The notes below the pieces were generated by a model, which saw only the letters and a list, made by a program, of their open reading frames with translations, did no database searches and was not told where the DNA came from. A stretch of 63,928 nucleotides of DNA, filler included, from Choristocarpus tenellus KU-1152 (lineage: Eukaryota; Protista; Phaeophyceae): assembly GCA_964200185.2 (NCBI GenBank). It is 10 parts of 10 records of this genome, joined end to end, with 100 filler letters (N's around TTAATTAATTAA, not from the genome) between each part and the next. Parts side by side here need not be neighbours in the genome. Positions count along the whole stretch, not along the records: positions 1 to 6,146 come from CAXNAD020008834.1; positions 6,247 to 14,136 come from CAXNAD020005439.1; 8 more parts are not named here. One strand, written 5' to 3'. The translations under genes and the position numbers were made by a program. Each line of letters opens with the position of its first letter. The first letter of the stretch is position 1. This document shows positions 1 through 12,012 of this stretch, one piece after another.

Positions 1-158
1 GGGTGGGGGGTCTACACCAAGGTGTCCATTTGGGCTAAACCAGGAAAAGTGCACGTATATTATCCATCCGACGTATGCAACCAAATCACCCAAAATTGCG
101 ACATGGAAAAAATGGGCCCTGAATGGACACCCACCACCCCCCCCAGATACTTTGAGCC
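1..158 (+). mobile_element. MITE family A copy (left end truncated by window edge)
   Basis: Ends in CCCCCCAGATACTTTGAGCC, the TIR shared with copies at 14262, 22409, 54153 and 55947. Same internal ATTATCCATCCGACGTATGCAACCAAATCACCCAAAA. Confidence 0.85.
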
Positions 159-345
159 ATTATCCACTTCATGCCATGCCTTTGAGCTAGAAGACATCTA
201 CCCCGCCAGAACTTGACCTCCCCTCCCTTTTTCCCAGTATCTCCATAGATAGGTCATGAGCAAGCAAAAGGGTGGGTGGGCAGGAGAGCTTGCTCGGAGG
301 TTATCTTGTTTTTGTCTTCCTCGTCTTGTACCCCCAGCCCCTGGC
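159..345 (+). repeat. Dispersed repeat, inverted partner of 1215-1400
   Basis: TCCACTTCATGCCATGCCTTTGAGCTAGAAGACATCTACCCCGCC...GGGTGGGTGGGCAGGAGAGCTTGC is the diverged reverse complement of about 1215-1400. Confidence 0.75.
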
Positions 346-720
346 AATCTCTTCAATACTGACCATTCCTTCTTCCCCTGTACCTCCACCTACCACTCAT
401 TTCTTTAACTTCTCCCTCTCTTAGTCCCTCATTACTTAACTATTCGTTCCCTTCTTGCTGATACTTATTCTTCTCTCTGTCCCCTCCCTTCCCCTGTGCC
501 TCCAATCAAACAAAATCCTTCCGCCCTTTATGAAGTAATCTGAGTTTTTTTAATATTATTTTGCCCTCTGACATTTTGCAGATGTGCCAACGGAAAAACT
601 ATTGAAAACTATTCACATGTCTGAAAAATCCCTAAAGAAGTAATAGTTGTCACAAAAGTGGAAAATGTGATTCTATTTCCTATTTTACTAGTTGTACTAC
701 TGCCTTCCTGTGTCTCAAAC

Positions 721-1175
721 CTATTCCTGCACCCCAGGGTTAGGAGCGAGGGAAGCATCCCCAGAATCTAGCAAACCCCTCCTTGCCCATCTCCCTAGTG
801 ACTCCAGCTTAAAACGCATGACCCGTCTAGATACTAGTGCTACTTGCGGTATGACTGAGACTATCTGACGTAGGCGGGATTTGATGCTTCCTTTTGTGCT
901 GTAGCCTCCGGTTCCTCTCCCCCCTACCGTGTGTGTAGCTAGCTCATCCAGGAAGTGTTCCGCTTACTTGCCAAGGCACCCAAAACTTTCCACTGCGAAG
1001 GTGTTGGGGTTATAACTACCAGGGTCAAAAGAGTCCTCGTAGTGGGTGCGCTTTCGTGCCTCAGCTGCAGTAGCAGCTACACCATTGCTGGTGGAAGAGT
1101 GTGGGAGGTAGGAGGTTGCCTGTACTTCTGCAAACGTAACATCGAGTAGAAGGCCTTTGTCCCAGTTCCAGTATG
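721..1175 (-). pseudogene. 3' end of a non-LTR retrotransposon (CRE/R2-like clade), restriction-like endonuclease (RLE) domain, degenerate
   Basis: Minus frame reads LLLDVTFAEVQA...GVAATAAEARKRTHY...FAVESFGCLGK*AEHFLDELATHTVGG...KSRLRQIVSVIPQVALVSRRVMRFKL. This is the DVT...AE.RK..HY...FAVESFG.LG pattern of C-terminal RLE domains. In-frame TAA at 964-966. Confidence 0.7.
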
Positions 1176-1489
1176 GAGGCACAAGGTAAGAAGGAATGGT
1201 TAGTATGTAAAGAAAACCGAGGGCTGATGGTACGAGATGAGGAGAGCTAGAACAGGGCAACCTCCAAGCAAGCTCTCCCGCCCACCCACCCTTTCGCTTG
1301 CTCATGACCGATTGGGATGCTGGGTAAAAGGGAGGGGAGGTCAAGTTCGGGCGGGGTAGATGTCTTCCAGTTCAAAGGCATGGTATGAAGTGGATGATGA
1401 AGGGGTGTTCTTGGATGATTATGGAGAGGTGTTGAGTGGTGTGGGGGAGTGGTACGTGGTGTGGGGTTGAGAGATGTGGTAACTGGTGT

Positions 1490-1760
1490 GGAGTTGAGTG
1501 GGGTTGAAAGGTGGGGTGGTGGCTGGAAATCAATGGCGAAGGGGTCGCACTGGTTGGTCATCGGAGGTGGGGGGTGACTGGAAATCAGTGTCAAGGGGGT
1601 TTGCACTGGTTGGTCATCAGATGTGGGGGGTGACTGGAAATCAGTGGTGAAGGGATCGCACTGATTGGTTACAGGTGGTGATACAGTGGGGAGGAAGGGA
1701 ATGGGTGGAATGCAAACATAGAATAAAATTAATAATAATCCAGAATTCGTGAGCAAAACA
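1490..1760. repeat. Dispersed repeat family D containing ~55-bp internal tandem units
   Basis: Repeated CACTGGTTGGTCATC...GGGGG.TGACTGGAAATCAGTG units. A homologous copy with the same tail (TGCAAACA..AGAATTCGTGA) lies at 49199-49450. Confidence 0.75.
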
Positions 1761-3999
1761 ATCTATAATTTCGTAAAAGTACAAGAGGGGGTGGGTCAAC
1801 TGTGATCAAAAACGGAAGTTAGTATTACTTCAGAGTATTTACAAATTTACACACTCGAGATGTTTTATCACTCAACTGCGGCTTATAGTCGGTGCAGTGT
1901 CTGGGGTGACATAAGTAAGAGGGGCATAATAAACTTAACACAGAGAAAACAAAGACACCATGTACAACTCTACCCTAAGTTTATGTAGATAGAGGACTCC
2001 AGTCAGAAGAGATGTCAGAACGCTGCACAAAGCCTTGCGCTTCTCTCCATCATCACTATGATTTACTGGAACCTACGTCTTCCATTCTTGGGCACTAACG
2101 TCATTCGCAGAAGGGTGTAACTCCACAACATCAACTACATCCCCAGGCAGATAGTTAGGCTTGGCGGTGACTATGTTGCCAGTAGAGGAGAACAAGCTTG
2201 TAGACACAGCTGCAGTGGCATTTGCAGTCAAATACTTACGTCCCATAACAACTAACTCAACTCTCCAAGAACCTCCTACTTCACCTTCCATTATTTGAGG
2301 GGAACACCAAGCTCCACCACCACGTCTGCATCGACTGGTTGCATACTATGGTATACCTCCAGCTGGCATTGCAGTTTATCCTCATAGGTGATCTCCGATC
2401 ATACTCTCTTCTTGCGGGCAGTCCCCCCACCTCCATCTATGAAGGAGACCTCTACTGCTGCTGTGTGACGTCTTGGTTATCTTATTGATCACAGGTTAGT
2501 CATGCTGAACTACTGGTTGCTCTCATCATCATATGTGGAGGCCTTTTCTCCGTTGAGGTCGCATTTCTCCACAAGGTATTTGACCCTCAGCTTAAACGCC
2601 GGTCAAAACCTAAGAAAAAAGTTCCAAATTTGTAACCTTCCTTTGATGTTGGGGGTCAAATTAACAGCCAATACCTCAAATTTTTCATTGTCCTCCGCAT
2701 TTTCTTCTTCTATATCATTCCCTTGTCGCCTTCACTTACATAGTTAAGTAAATTTAGTGTTTGGCGCACCCACCCAAGCCTCATCTGCCATGATGATAGC
2801 CAGAACTTTTATGATACAGAAGTATTGACCCACAAAGGTGGATGTGTGATTGCTAGTTCTACAACCCTCTCAAGCACGCATCGTCCATGTGAACACCACC
2901 CAATCAAAAGGACATGGTGACAAAGGTTAAGCGCGAGAGTTCCTCTGCGCCAGACAAAAAGTCCATTGAGCCCACCTTTTTTAGAATATCGTATCAAATA
3001 TCGAATCACTCCATAATATATTGGAAACTCATGGCTATTATATGTGTCTTGTTAGTCCTGTGAATGGTGACAATTCAATCAACTTCAGCTCGATTGATGA
3101 CAAAAAACCGTATAGGTGAGCTGTAAAATTCCGGTTATTTGTTTTTTTATAATTCAATGAGATGTGTAACTACTCAACTCTCTCCAACTTACCTGAACAG
3201 GTACATATTCTTCCCAAATTGTCACTACCCACAACTTGTTACACATCTCACTATTCAAGGTTTTGAATGCATGTTAGTGTGAACGGTTTGGAGGGGTGTT
3301 GAAGTGTATACTGAGAGTTCAATTCGATCCAATTCGATCCAATTCGATTTATCGATTTTTATCGTATTCGATAATTGTTTGGGTTTAAAACACAATCAAC
3401 ATAATCCTATGTCCTGCCTTAACCCTGATTGTATCCCTAACCCTGACATAACATTGAGAGGTTAGAAGACTTGGGTATAGAAGGAGCCTCTAAGTCAGGA
3501 ACTGGAAAGGGGGCGAACGAGTATGGCGTCCACGGAAAGAGTCCAAGATATGGAATCTAATGGAACGCATATCAACATGGGGAATGTACGTGAATAGGAT
3601 CGAGCATTTGCTGGGGTGGATTCTCATTGCAAGGGGTGGTGGTGAGGGAAGCCCTGTCCACAGAATTGCCAGACTTAATTTATGTGTCCAGGAACACCCC
3701 CTATTGGGTGACCTTCCCTATTCCATTCGTACATCAAAACACGTAGGTGTTGATGATGCTCGGGGAGTTGTCAATCTTTTTGTTTACATTCCCCAGATTT
3801 GAGATCTTCCGCATAGTTCACTCATCAATCGATTTTTGTGCCTCACATTTGGGATTGGCTTCCAAAGGCCAACCCCCCCAAAATGGATGCTGGAATATCT
3901 ATGACACCGCACTCGGGTGAGGGAAACCACATGACGGGAACCATGGCAGCCGAAGGTAATTCTGACAGATTAGGTCTAGAGAACCAGACCAAAGTGGAG

Positions 4000-5340
4000 A
4001 TGCCGCCAAAGGAGGATCCCATAGTGGAGGTGGAGGACGAATTCGGACGTGTTCGTTCAATGAGGCAAAGGTGAGCGTCTCTCTTGCAGCAAGGCGGGTA
4101 GCCCGACCTCAAACGTTCAACCTTTTGTCCCCTGTGCGATTTAAGATATTCCCTTCAAGTAAAGATCAGAATAGACCACTCTTTCTTACTCTCTTCTACA
4201 GAAATACAGATTAAAAGGCAACTTACGCGAAGCAGAACGAATTATGTGGTCAGGCTTCCGTTCTAGTACCAGTTCTGTCGGGGCTAGAATAAGAACGTTT
4301 ATTCTGAACATCCAATCGCGAGGATGTTTTCAATCTCCACATTTACTTTCCCCCTGAAAAATGATGTGTGCGATTGCCTTTGTCAGTGTGAGTGTGTTGT
4401 TCTACCCGTTTATGTTAAGGCTACAGCGTGATTCGAGGAAAATACAGAGTCTGCCCTTAAGAGCGTTCAAACGAAGATATTCCCTCCAAATAGGTTTGAA
4501 CACTCCAATTCACTTTCTTCGTTGCTAAGAATAGACCCTTGCGATATTACCTTCTTCAGCCCATGTCCCACACCCAAGATTGTGTGTATCACCGACAAAT
4601 CAACATCTGCTTAGCTTCTTCACCCCACAAGTCTTCTTTCTGCTGATACATTATAGCACTGTTTAGAAAATGGAAGTTGCTCCTACGAAGGCGAAACCAA
4701 CTATGACATAGGTATTTCTTATATAAAGTCATTCTTGTAATTATTAGAAACAAACTACTGTTGTTTCACCTTGCCAAGATAAACTGATTCCCCAAATATG
4801 TGACTTTACTGATCCTGGCATAGTTGCCGTAAATAATTATATCTTGATTCCTCCACCTTTTCCCCATCCATTTTGTAATGTTTATGCATTATTATCGCGC
4901 TTCATCTCCCTATACCACCTATATAGCGAGGCGGACAAGATGAGGGAAAGAGGTCGTGGAGGTGGACGCGACTCTCGTGACCGTCCTGCCCATCGTAGTC
5001 GAAGCAGAGATCGTGGCCGTGACCGTAGTCGTGACTGTAGTCGGGGTGACAGTCGGGACCGTGGTAGTCGTTATGATCGGGACCGCAGTGATCGCCGGCG
5101 TGACTACGGTGACCGAGACAGGGATAGGGACTCCCGCTGGCGAGATAGGGGAAGAGATAGCTATGGCGGTGGTGGTGGTGGTGGTGGTGGTGGAGGTGGG
5201 TACAGGGAAAATGATCGAGGATTTGGTGGCCGTGGAGGTGATAGGGACAGGGGAAGAGACAGGAATGGTGGTGGAGACTTTGTTGGTCCAAGCTTTCGTG
5301 ACAACTATGGGCCTCCAGGTGGTGGTGGCTTCCAGGGCCG
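4000..5340 (+). CDS. Partial spliced gene for an Arg/Asp/Gly-rich (RD/RS/RGG) protein; exons ~4000-4070 and 4927-5340, continues downstream
   Basis: Donor AG|GTGAG at 4070/4071 and acceptor TAG|C at 4926/4927 join in frame: MPPKEDPIVEVEDEFGRVRSMRQS-EADKMRERGRGGGRDSRDR... Donor G|GTGAGT at 5340/5341. The start may be upstream (ATG 3883). An RNA-binding role is inferred from composition only. Confidence 0.75.
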
Positions 5341-6146
5341 GTGAGTGTTTTGCTTTTTGGGGGGGGGTTGACAGTTTTGTTTGCTGTGCTTCTGTGGGGT
5401 GTGCTGGAGTTATTTTTCTAGAGGTGAATATGGCTGTGGAGTATGCACTGATGAATAGACATGATAAACCATTGCTGGGTAAATTGGGTGCTGTGATGGA
5501 TGACCTGATGCAGTTTGCAATAAAAATTACACATTTCGGTGCGTACTGCATTTTTTCATGGTACCATACTAGGTACCATACTAGGTACCATGCTAAAATC
5601 CCTAGTAACTACCACATCTGACTACGGTCTTGTAGAGTGGGACCTCCCTGAAAGGAGGTGGACAGCACTTGCACAGGCCTTCACTCTATAGAGCACATAT
5701 ATGTGAAGGTTATTCCAGGTGCCCCTGCTCTTCAAGGATACATATTACTCCTTACAATCAAGACTACCTATACAATAGATACTGAATTTGCTTCTCCTGA
5801 TACTACGATGTATTACATTATTATTATTTTTACAAAAAGCACCACGAGAGAGGTCAAAGAACGGCTTTCCTGAGTGATACAGCTATTACAGGGAAAGGAA
5901 TGTCCTCCCATTCAGAGAAATGGGGACTGTGGACATATATCGACTGTGGGAAAGAGATACGTCTTGGGGGAGGCCCTTCACCTGCAACGGAGGCTTTTTT
6001 TCGCGTTTGCTGACATAAAGTACTGTTGCTGGAGCACCAGTTGGTTCTTACTGTGCAATCTGTTGCCTCACCTTTACTTGTTCTTTTTGTGTGCTCCTGT
6101 CCTATTTCTCTTTTTTTTCGGGGGTGGGGGGGGGCATTTTGTTCTC

Positions 6147-6246
6147 NNNNNNNNNNNNNNNNNNNNNNNNNNNNNNNNNNNNNNNNNNNNTTAATTAATT
6201 AANNNNNNNNNNNNNNNNNNNNNNNNNNNNNNNNNNNNNNNNNNNN
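6147..6246. other. Artificial contig-joining spacer
   Basis: 44 N + TTAATTAATTAA (stops in all six frames) + 44 N, identical at all nine joins. Confidence 0.97.
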
Positions 6247-6548
6247 CCAGGCGTGAGGTTTCACGAATGCGCTTGGGGAGCATGCAGTGAGAGGGAGGGT
6301 GTATATTTCGTCGGATTCGTGTCTGTTGAGTACAAGACCGGTACCCTCAAAACATTTATCGGGGGTAATCTATAGTACTTTTTATTGTGACATGTGACGA
6401 TCACTACACATGAGAATGGAATATTTTTCAAGATTGTTTTTGTAAGGGCTGTAAAGGCTGCCTCGTACAGAAGTTGCACCAGATTTTTTTGGCTGCCACT
6501 GAATACAAAAATTATTCATCAACTCCCCTCACAAAAAAATCGACTTGC

Positions 6549-9500
6549 CCAGTGGGTACGCAGCAGCAAGGCGCTTGTGCGATGCCTGGTACCGCTGCTC
6601 GACCTTCAGGATGACGTCTTCGGGAACGCTCTTGAGCTGGTAGGGTGGTGCATCTTGGATACGAGGCGGGTGGGCGACGAAGAGGTCGTGCAGAGGGGCG
6701 TTGGGGTCGATAGCAAGGTCTCCACCTATCCCACTCCATTCGGTGCTGTGCATGTATTGCTTTACGCTAACCTTAACCCGCCCATCACCGCCTTTTTCAA
6801 CACGAAAAGCCCTGTAGCTCGTGATATTGGGGACATGGTTGACGCGACCGCAAAGGAGTCCCTTGAAGTTTCCCTCGTTCTGTAGGGTCTTGCAGTAGAC
6901 TGGAACCTCCGTGTAAGAGGCCTGCAGCTCTTCACCCAGCTGTGTTCTTGTGAATATGCTCTTCCCTTTTATACCATGTGAGAACCTGAAGGTGAAATGC
7001 AAGCAAGTTAATTTTGAGGCGGGGGTGAAAGAAACGAAGCGGAGAAGCAAGATATATATGCAGGCACATGCTCCAATGCATGTATATGGAAGTATAGATA
7101 CAAAAAGGGGTGATGCGTACATTTTTTTATTGTTTTGTTTCGAGAGTAGGTTACGAAACAGTTTTGGCAGCTGGTCTTATCGTTCGATTTTGTTGTGGGG
7201 AAATCAAAAGCCAATCAATCAATTACAGTGTATGACCATAAACCTTCCATGGATGCAACAAGCGTGAGCTGCAAGCCTCAAGGGAGTATCTGTCCGTGTC
7301 AAAACACTATATGGCTATCGGACTTGTATATCTTGCCTAGTTACCTGGAGAAGATCTGATCGACTTTGATGTGCGTGTGCCCCACCATCATAAAATGTAT
7401 CTCGACCACACGAATGACACTTACTGCGACCAACAGCCCCGCATATCCGAGAAAGAAATTGTTCTTGTTCTCTGAGACGCAGTTGTCGACCTGGCTAGTT
7501 TGGGGAGTTGGGAGCGAGGGAGGCATAGGCGTGAGGCCGATATGTCAGCCCATTTCGCCGCTTTTCGTGGAGGAACAGGGAATGTTTCGAGTACTGCTAG
7601 AGCGCAAGCTCTACATCACCGCCATCATACATGCAGGTTGCAACACACAAACCAAAACCAAAGACCGTGCAGTTAGTTACTTGGTGGCCGGTATTCAGCG
7701 AGTATATGTTGAGTAGGTCGTGTCAAGATTAAACTTTCTAACCTGCCAATGCACGTGCTGGATGATGCAACTCCCCGCGTGATCGAGGCTGTTGTGGTAC
7801 TTGTCGATAAGCCTTTGTTAGGGCAAGGTGGGTGGCTGTGCAGACAAGGTTACAATCTGCACGAACGATGATGTCCGTCGTTAGTTGGCAAATAGTACTC
7901 TCACCTATTTTGAGGGAAAATTCGGAGACAGCGCAACTGATGAGCGCTCTGCTTACTTATGCATTGTTTAATTGGAGCTAAAAAGAGGGGTAATGGAATT
8001 TGTTCTTGCAATGTAGAGCACATACACCCGAATGGCTGATATACATGTCTGTGGGTTTTCTTCCTCGTTGATTAGCTCTTACGCTCCTCTCGCCCTAACC
8101 CTAGGCTGAGGCGTAGGAGGGCAGGGGAGCACAGCGCATCATCAATTAATCGACTGTTCACTAGGCCTGCGGTATCTGTAGGCACATGGTGTAGGGATGT
8201 ACTCATCCTCAGGTATCTAACCTACGGCAGGTCCACTCGCCACAATGGTAAATCAAGTGGTGCGTGTGATTACCTGTCACTGCCGTGGGTAGGTGGGTAA
8301 AGTGCTGGGAGTGCGTGTGCTGTCTGGTTCGCGGCGTCTACGGACATGAACACGAAGCCGAGAGGTTTGCCATCGGCTTTGGCCTGCATGGCGCTGCTGG
8401 TGCCTTTGGCGATGACCAGCTGATCCGCTTGGATACTCTGGCGAATGGGGGAGAGCAACATCACGTCTGTAAATAAAATAAATCTGCTCAGAGTTGTAAA
8501 AAAATGAACACTTGTTAACACGTATCAGGTTAGTAACAAAAATGGAGTGTAGGTAACAATAAACGTTTGTCTTTGGATATGTTTTTATTTGCTACGTTCA
8601 AGACAAACACAATATTATCGGGATGGTAGGAAATACGTACCTACAGGGCCGGAAGACCGCTACATGACCTGTCCCTCCCACAGCCCATTATAGACGACCA
8701 GGAAGCAGTCTATCATACAAGGTGTTTGGGCAGGTAATAACAACATTTTTGCGGTGAGTGAAGCTACTGCTGCTGCGATAAGCACCTGCGTGAGAGTCTT
8801 CATTCGCAAAAGGCAACAGATGTTCTTCCCAATAGAGGGCAATGACGGCGACATGTTGCCACTGTACGCTTGTCGCAAAATTAACGCTGGACACCTACCT
8901 CTCGATGGTCTGACAGCTCCTTATTGATGGACTCGAGGACGGTGCAGTCGTTTGTGGGTTTTACACCAGGCGCACCGTGCCGCTTCTTTTTTAACGTGAC
9001 ACATATGTCACATTTCATAAACTCGCCTCCTACCCTCACCCTGATGTTGGGCCTGTCCTCTCTGAGCAATCGGAGGAAGTGCGCACTGCTTACCCGCTTG
9101 GAAGGGTCGTCAGGATACACCCGTATTGACTCTTTGCAAAAATCCTTGCATAGCTCCTAATTAAAAATGTTGGTTGTGTGGGCAAGTGAGGAGTTATTGA
9201 GAAGGAACACTCGAAGAACACCCCTGCAAGATATCTCGAGGGCTGGCTGACCAATAACTTGACTGAGAAAGCAGAAGACAGGATCAAGCAAGCTTACATC
9301 ATGCACTACGAAAGAGCAAATACAATGATCTTCATAAATTTGCCAGGGGCGTCATTCTGTTCGGGCCTCGCCGCCGTTTGCAGAAGCGGCAAAGGATGCG
9401 AATCTACCATCATCGTCATCATCATCGCGAAGCGCTTTAGACATACGAAGCACACACTTTTACTACCAATGTCAGACCAGGCCCGGGGCCGCAGAGTAGG

Positions 9501-10804
9501 TGTACACGGCGTTAAAATAACAATTATTGTGTCTTCCTTTGTAAAAGTGACGAAGAGTATCATCATCAACATTGTAGTCTCGACATAGCAAACGAAAAAA
9601 ATAGCCCTTGGTGCGAATCTTCACATGTTCTTTAAACCATAGCATGCAACCGGTTAAAGTAATAAACATCCACCACTCAAAATACTACTTCAATCCACTT
9701 CTTCTACGTACTGCTGGTTCTCATGGTTTGCAACTAACTCCAACACAGGGTGCGGCCAACCTCTCCACAAGCAAGGGCAAAACCTACCTCTTTGTTCGCG
9801 GCGTAGATCACAATTGTGGACTTGCGAGGCATGAGCTGCCCGTATGTATCAGCCCAGTAGTCTATCCAGGATATCACCAGGTCTCGCTTCGGAGCCATTT
9901 CCTTATCTTTGTTCGTGCCATTCTTGTTGTAGTAGCGCACGTATGTATATAAATGGATGGGAGATGTGTTGGAGGTGGATACAAGGGACGGGGGATGGAG
10001 TCCTAGAGAGATCGTATGCCAGCAGCGGATCTCTAATTCTGTAGATATTTACGCGTGGTAACTGCTGCAGCAGCGTGGGGACAGCCGGATGAGATGATAT
10101 TTGGGCAGCATAAAAAAAATATAGCACGTGTATATACACACATAGGTAACATATAGCTCCACGCTGGAGGGATCTCTAACTTGGTATATCAGACATCTAG
10201 GCGTGGTAACTGCAAAGTGAATGTGGTGAGTACGTTCGGAGTACATTGTTCTGAGATAGGACTACTGTTCAATCATTAAGCAGGGGGGGAAATATACCGG
10301 GTACAAGTAACACTGTGTACAAACCCACCTCTCCACGCCGGTGGATGCTCTTGCGTTAGGTGTGCCTTTGTAAGCGTCGATGACATGATTAGATATTCCG
10401 AACGATGCCTTGAAAAACTGCGTACTGACGGGAATGTCAGCCACGAGCATAGATCCGCCTCCAGGTCCCAACTTAATCAGAGGTACACGGTCGCCAACGA
10501 AGTGCTTGCGATCGCGGCGGTTCTCACACGCCCGGATGATGTCCTGCTCTTTGGCCAACGTGCATGCAAGGAAGGACTCGCTACCTGTGGCGAACTTCTT
10601 CACACAGGCTAAGCGCTTGCAGCAGCCACCCTGTTCGTTGACTGGGATGGGTTCAGCCCATCCTCGAGGAAGCTTGGTGCCGGTCGCTGAAGTGTCATTG
10701 GTAGAAAGCTCCAGCGCATCATTGTTGGTGGGCTGGTGAGGGGGCAACACAGGGGGAGTCGCAGGTGACAAAAGTCACCCCCTTGCTATGGAAGCAACTG
10801 TCAT
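6549..10804 (-). pseudogene. Spliced Sola-type (DUF7869-like) DDD transposase, degenerate; exons approx. 10804-10329, ~9925-9788, 9156-8898, 8466-8274, 7857-7743, 7490-7345, 6985-6549
   Basis: Motifs in the expected order: FMKCDIC; FVFMSVDAANQ..HALP (D1); QVDNCVSENKNNFFLGY..LLV (D2); HFMMVGHTHIKVDQIFSR|FSHG (D3). Junctions 9788/9156 and 7345/6985 are in frame with canonical sites. Some stops and phase mismatches occur elsewhere. Confidence 0.8.
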
Positions 10805-10878
10805 GGTGTTTTCGAGCAACAGGCGGTCTTGGGCAGTGAGAAGGTCTAGGAGTGATTAGATTCGAAGGCGGGCGTATG

Positions 10879-11227
10879 AACTTTGTTTGAGCTCCGGGCT
10901 ATCCGTAGGACCACCCTGAGATCCATGATACTGAAAATCCGTGCATTACGGTTTTCGGAAGTTGTAAATCTGATTATATCCGTACTTACAACTTTTTAAA
11001 AATACAAGTCACATACTTTATTGATATTGTACGTTTCCAATGTTCCGAAACCAACTTTGTTTGAGCTCCGGGTGATCCGTGGGACCACGCTGAGAACCAT
11101 GATACTGAAAATCCGTGCATTACGATTTCGGAAGTTGTAAATCTGATTATATCCGTACTTACAACTTTTTTTAAATACAAAGCACATACTTCATTGATCT
11201 TGTACGTTTCCAATGTTCAGAAACCAA
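10879..11227. repeat. 174-bp tandem duplication
   Basis: AACTTTGTTTGAGCTCCGGG...CATGATACTGAAAATCCGTGCATTACG...TCTGATTATATCCGTACTTACAAC starts at 10879 and 11053, near-identical. Confidence 0.9.
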
Positions 11228-11785
11228 AAGGTAAAAAAAAAACTGGCACCCTCTAATTTTTTGAAGTACAAAATCTTAAATTGTTTGACATTTGCATTCT
11301 TAAAATTACTAGAGACGACAAAACGCGGTTCTTTGGGTTTAGGGGATCCGATTTCGGATCCCCTAAACCCTTGAACATCCAAAACACGTTCATTAGGATT
11401 TTTAGAAATAGTAAATCCAGTAATAACTGTTCTTACAATTTTTGAAAATACAAAGCACGCACTTTATGGGTCTCACACGTTTCCAATTTTCAGAAACTAA
11501 AAGGTCACTTCCAACTGGTACCCACAATTTCTTTAAATACTAAAACCGCTTTTTGGCTACTTTAGTATTCTTAAAAATACTAGAGACGACAAAAAAGCGG
11601 ATCTAGAGTTTTAAAGATCCGATCGGATCGCCTAAACCCTTGAAGACCCAAAACGCGTGTGTCAGGGTTTTTACGAAACAATAATAATATTCTAATCTTT
11701 ACATCAACAAATACAAATACAAACTACATCCTTCATTGATCCAATATGCTTGAAACGTACGAAACGAAAAGGTCACAAAAAACTG
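11158..11785. repeat. ~270-bp iterated units (2 full + 1 partial); each full unit carries a palindrome
   Basis: CTTACAA.TTTT..AAATACAAAGCAC...TACTAGAGACGACAAAA...CCTAAACCCTTGAA at 11158 and 11432, with a degenerate third start near 11700. Confidence 0.8.
11335..11370. promoter_or_regulatory. Perfect 17-bp-arm inverted repeat, candidate protein-binding site or cruciform
   Basis: GGGTTTAGGGGATCCGA-TT-TCGGATCCCCTAAACCC. The next unit retains the 14-bp palindrome GATCCGATCGGATC (11616-11629). The structure is seen; the function is inferred. Confidence 0.55.
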
Positions 11786-12012
11786 TTGCTCTCTGTCTCT
11801 TTTCAATAAGAAATCGTATGCTATTCGATATTCGTATTTGTTATGCACAATTGTCAACAGAAAGACAAATCTGAGTTTTGAGGACCGACCGACCAGATGA
11901 AATAAAGCAGCACCTCCCATCCCTCAGTCCTCATTTCAATTCATTCCCTTCTGTACATAACCACGCGCACCTGTTATTTATCGATCCCCGTCACACCCTC
12001 CCAATCTTCGCC

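Noticed and set aside
4902-5621. Long His-, Thr- and Val-rich ORFs (4902-5291, 4919-5551, 4956-5621)
   Set aside because: Shadow frames of the RD/RG-rich exon, which has proper splice sites.
6191-6202. TTAATTAATTAA recurring nine times as a biological motif or TTAA target site
   Set aside because: Always centred in exactly 44+44 N; a synthetic six-frame stop linker.
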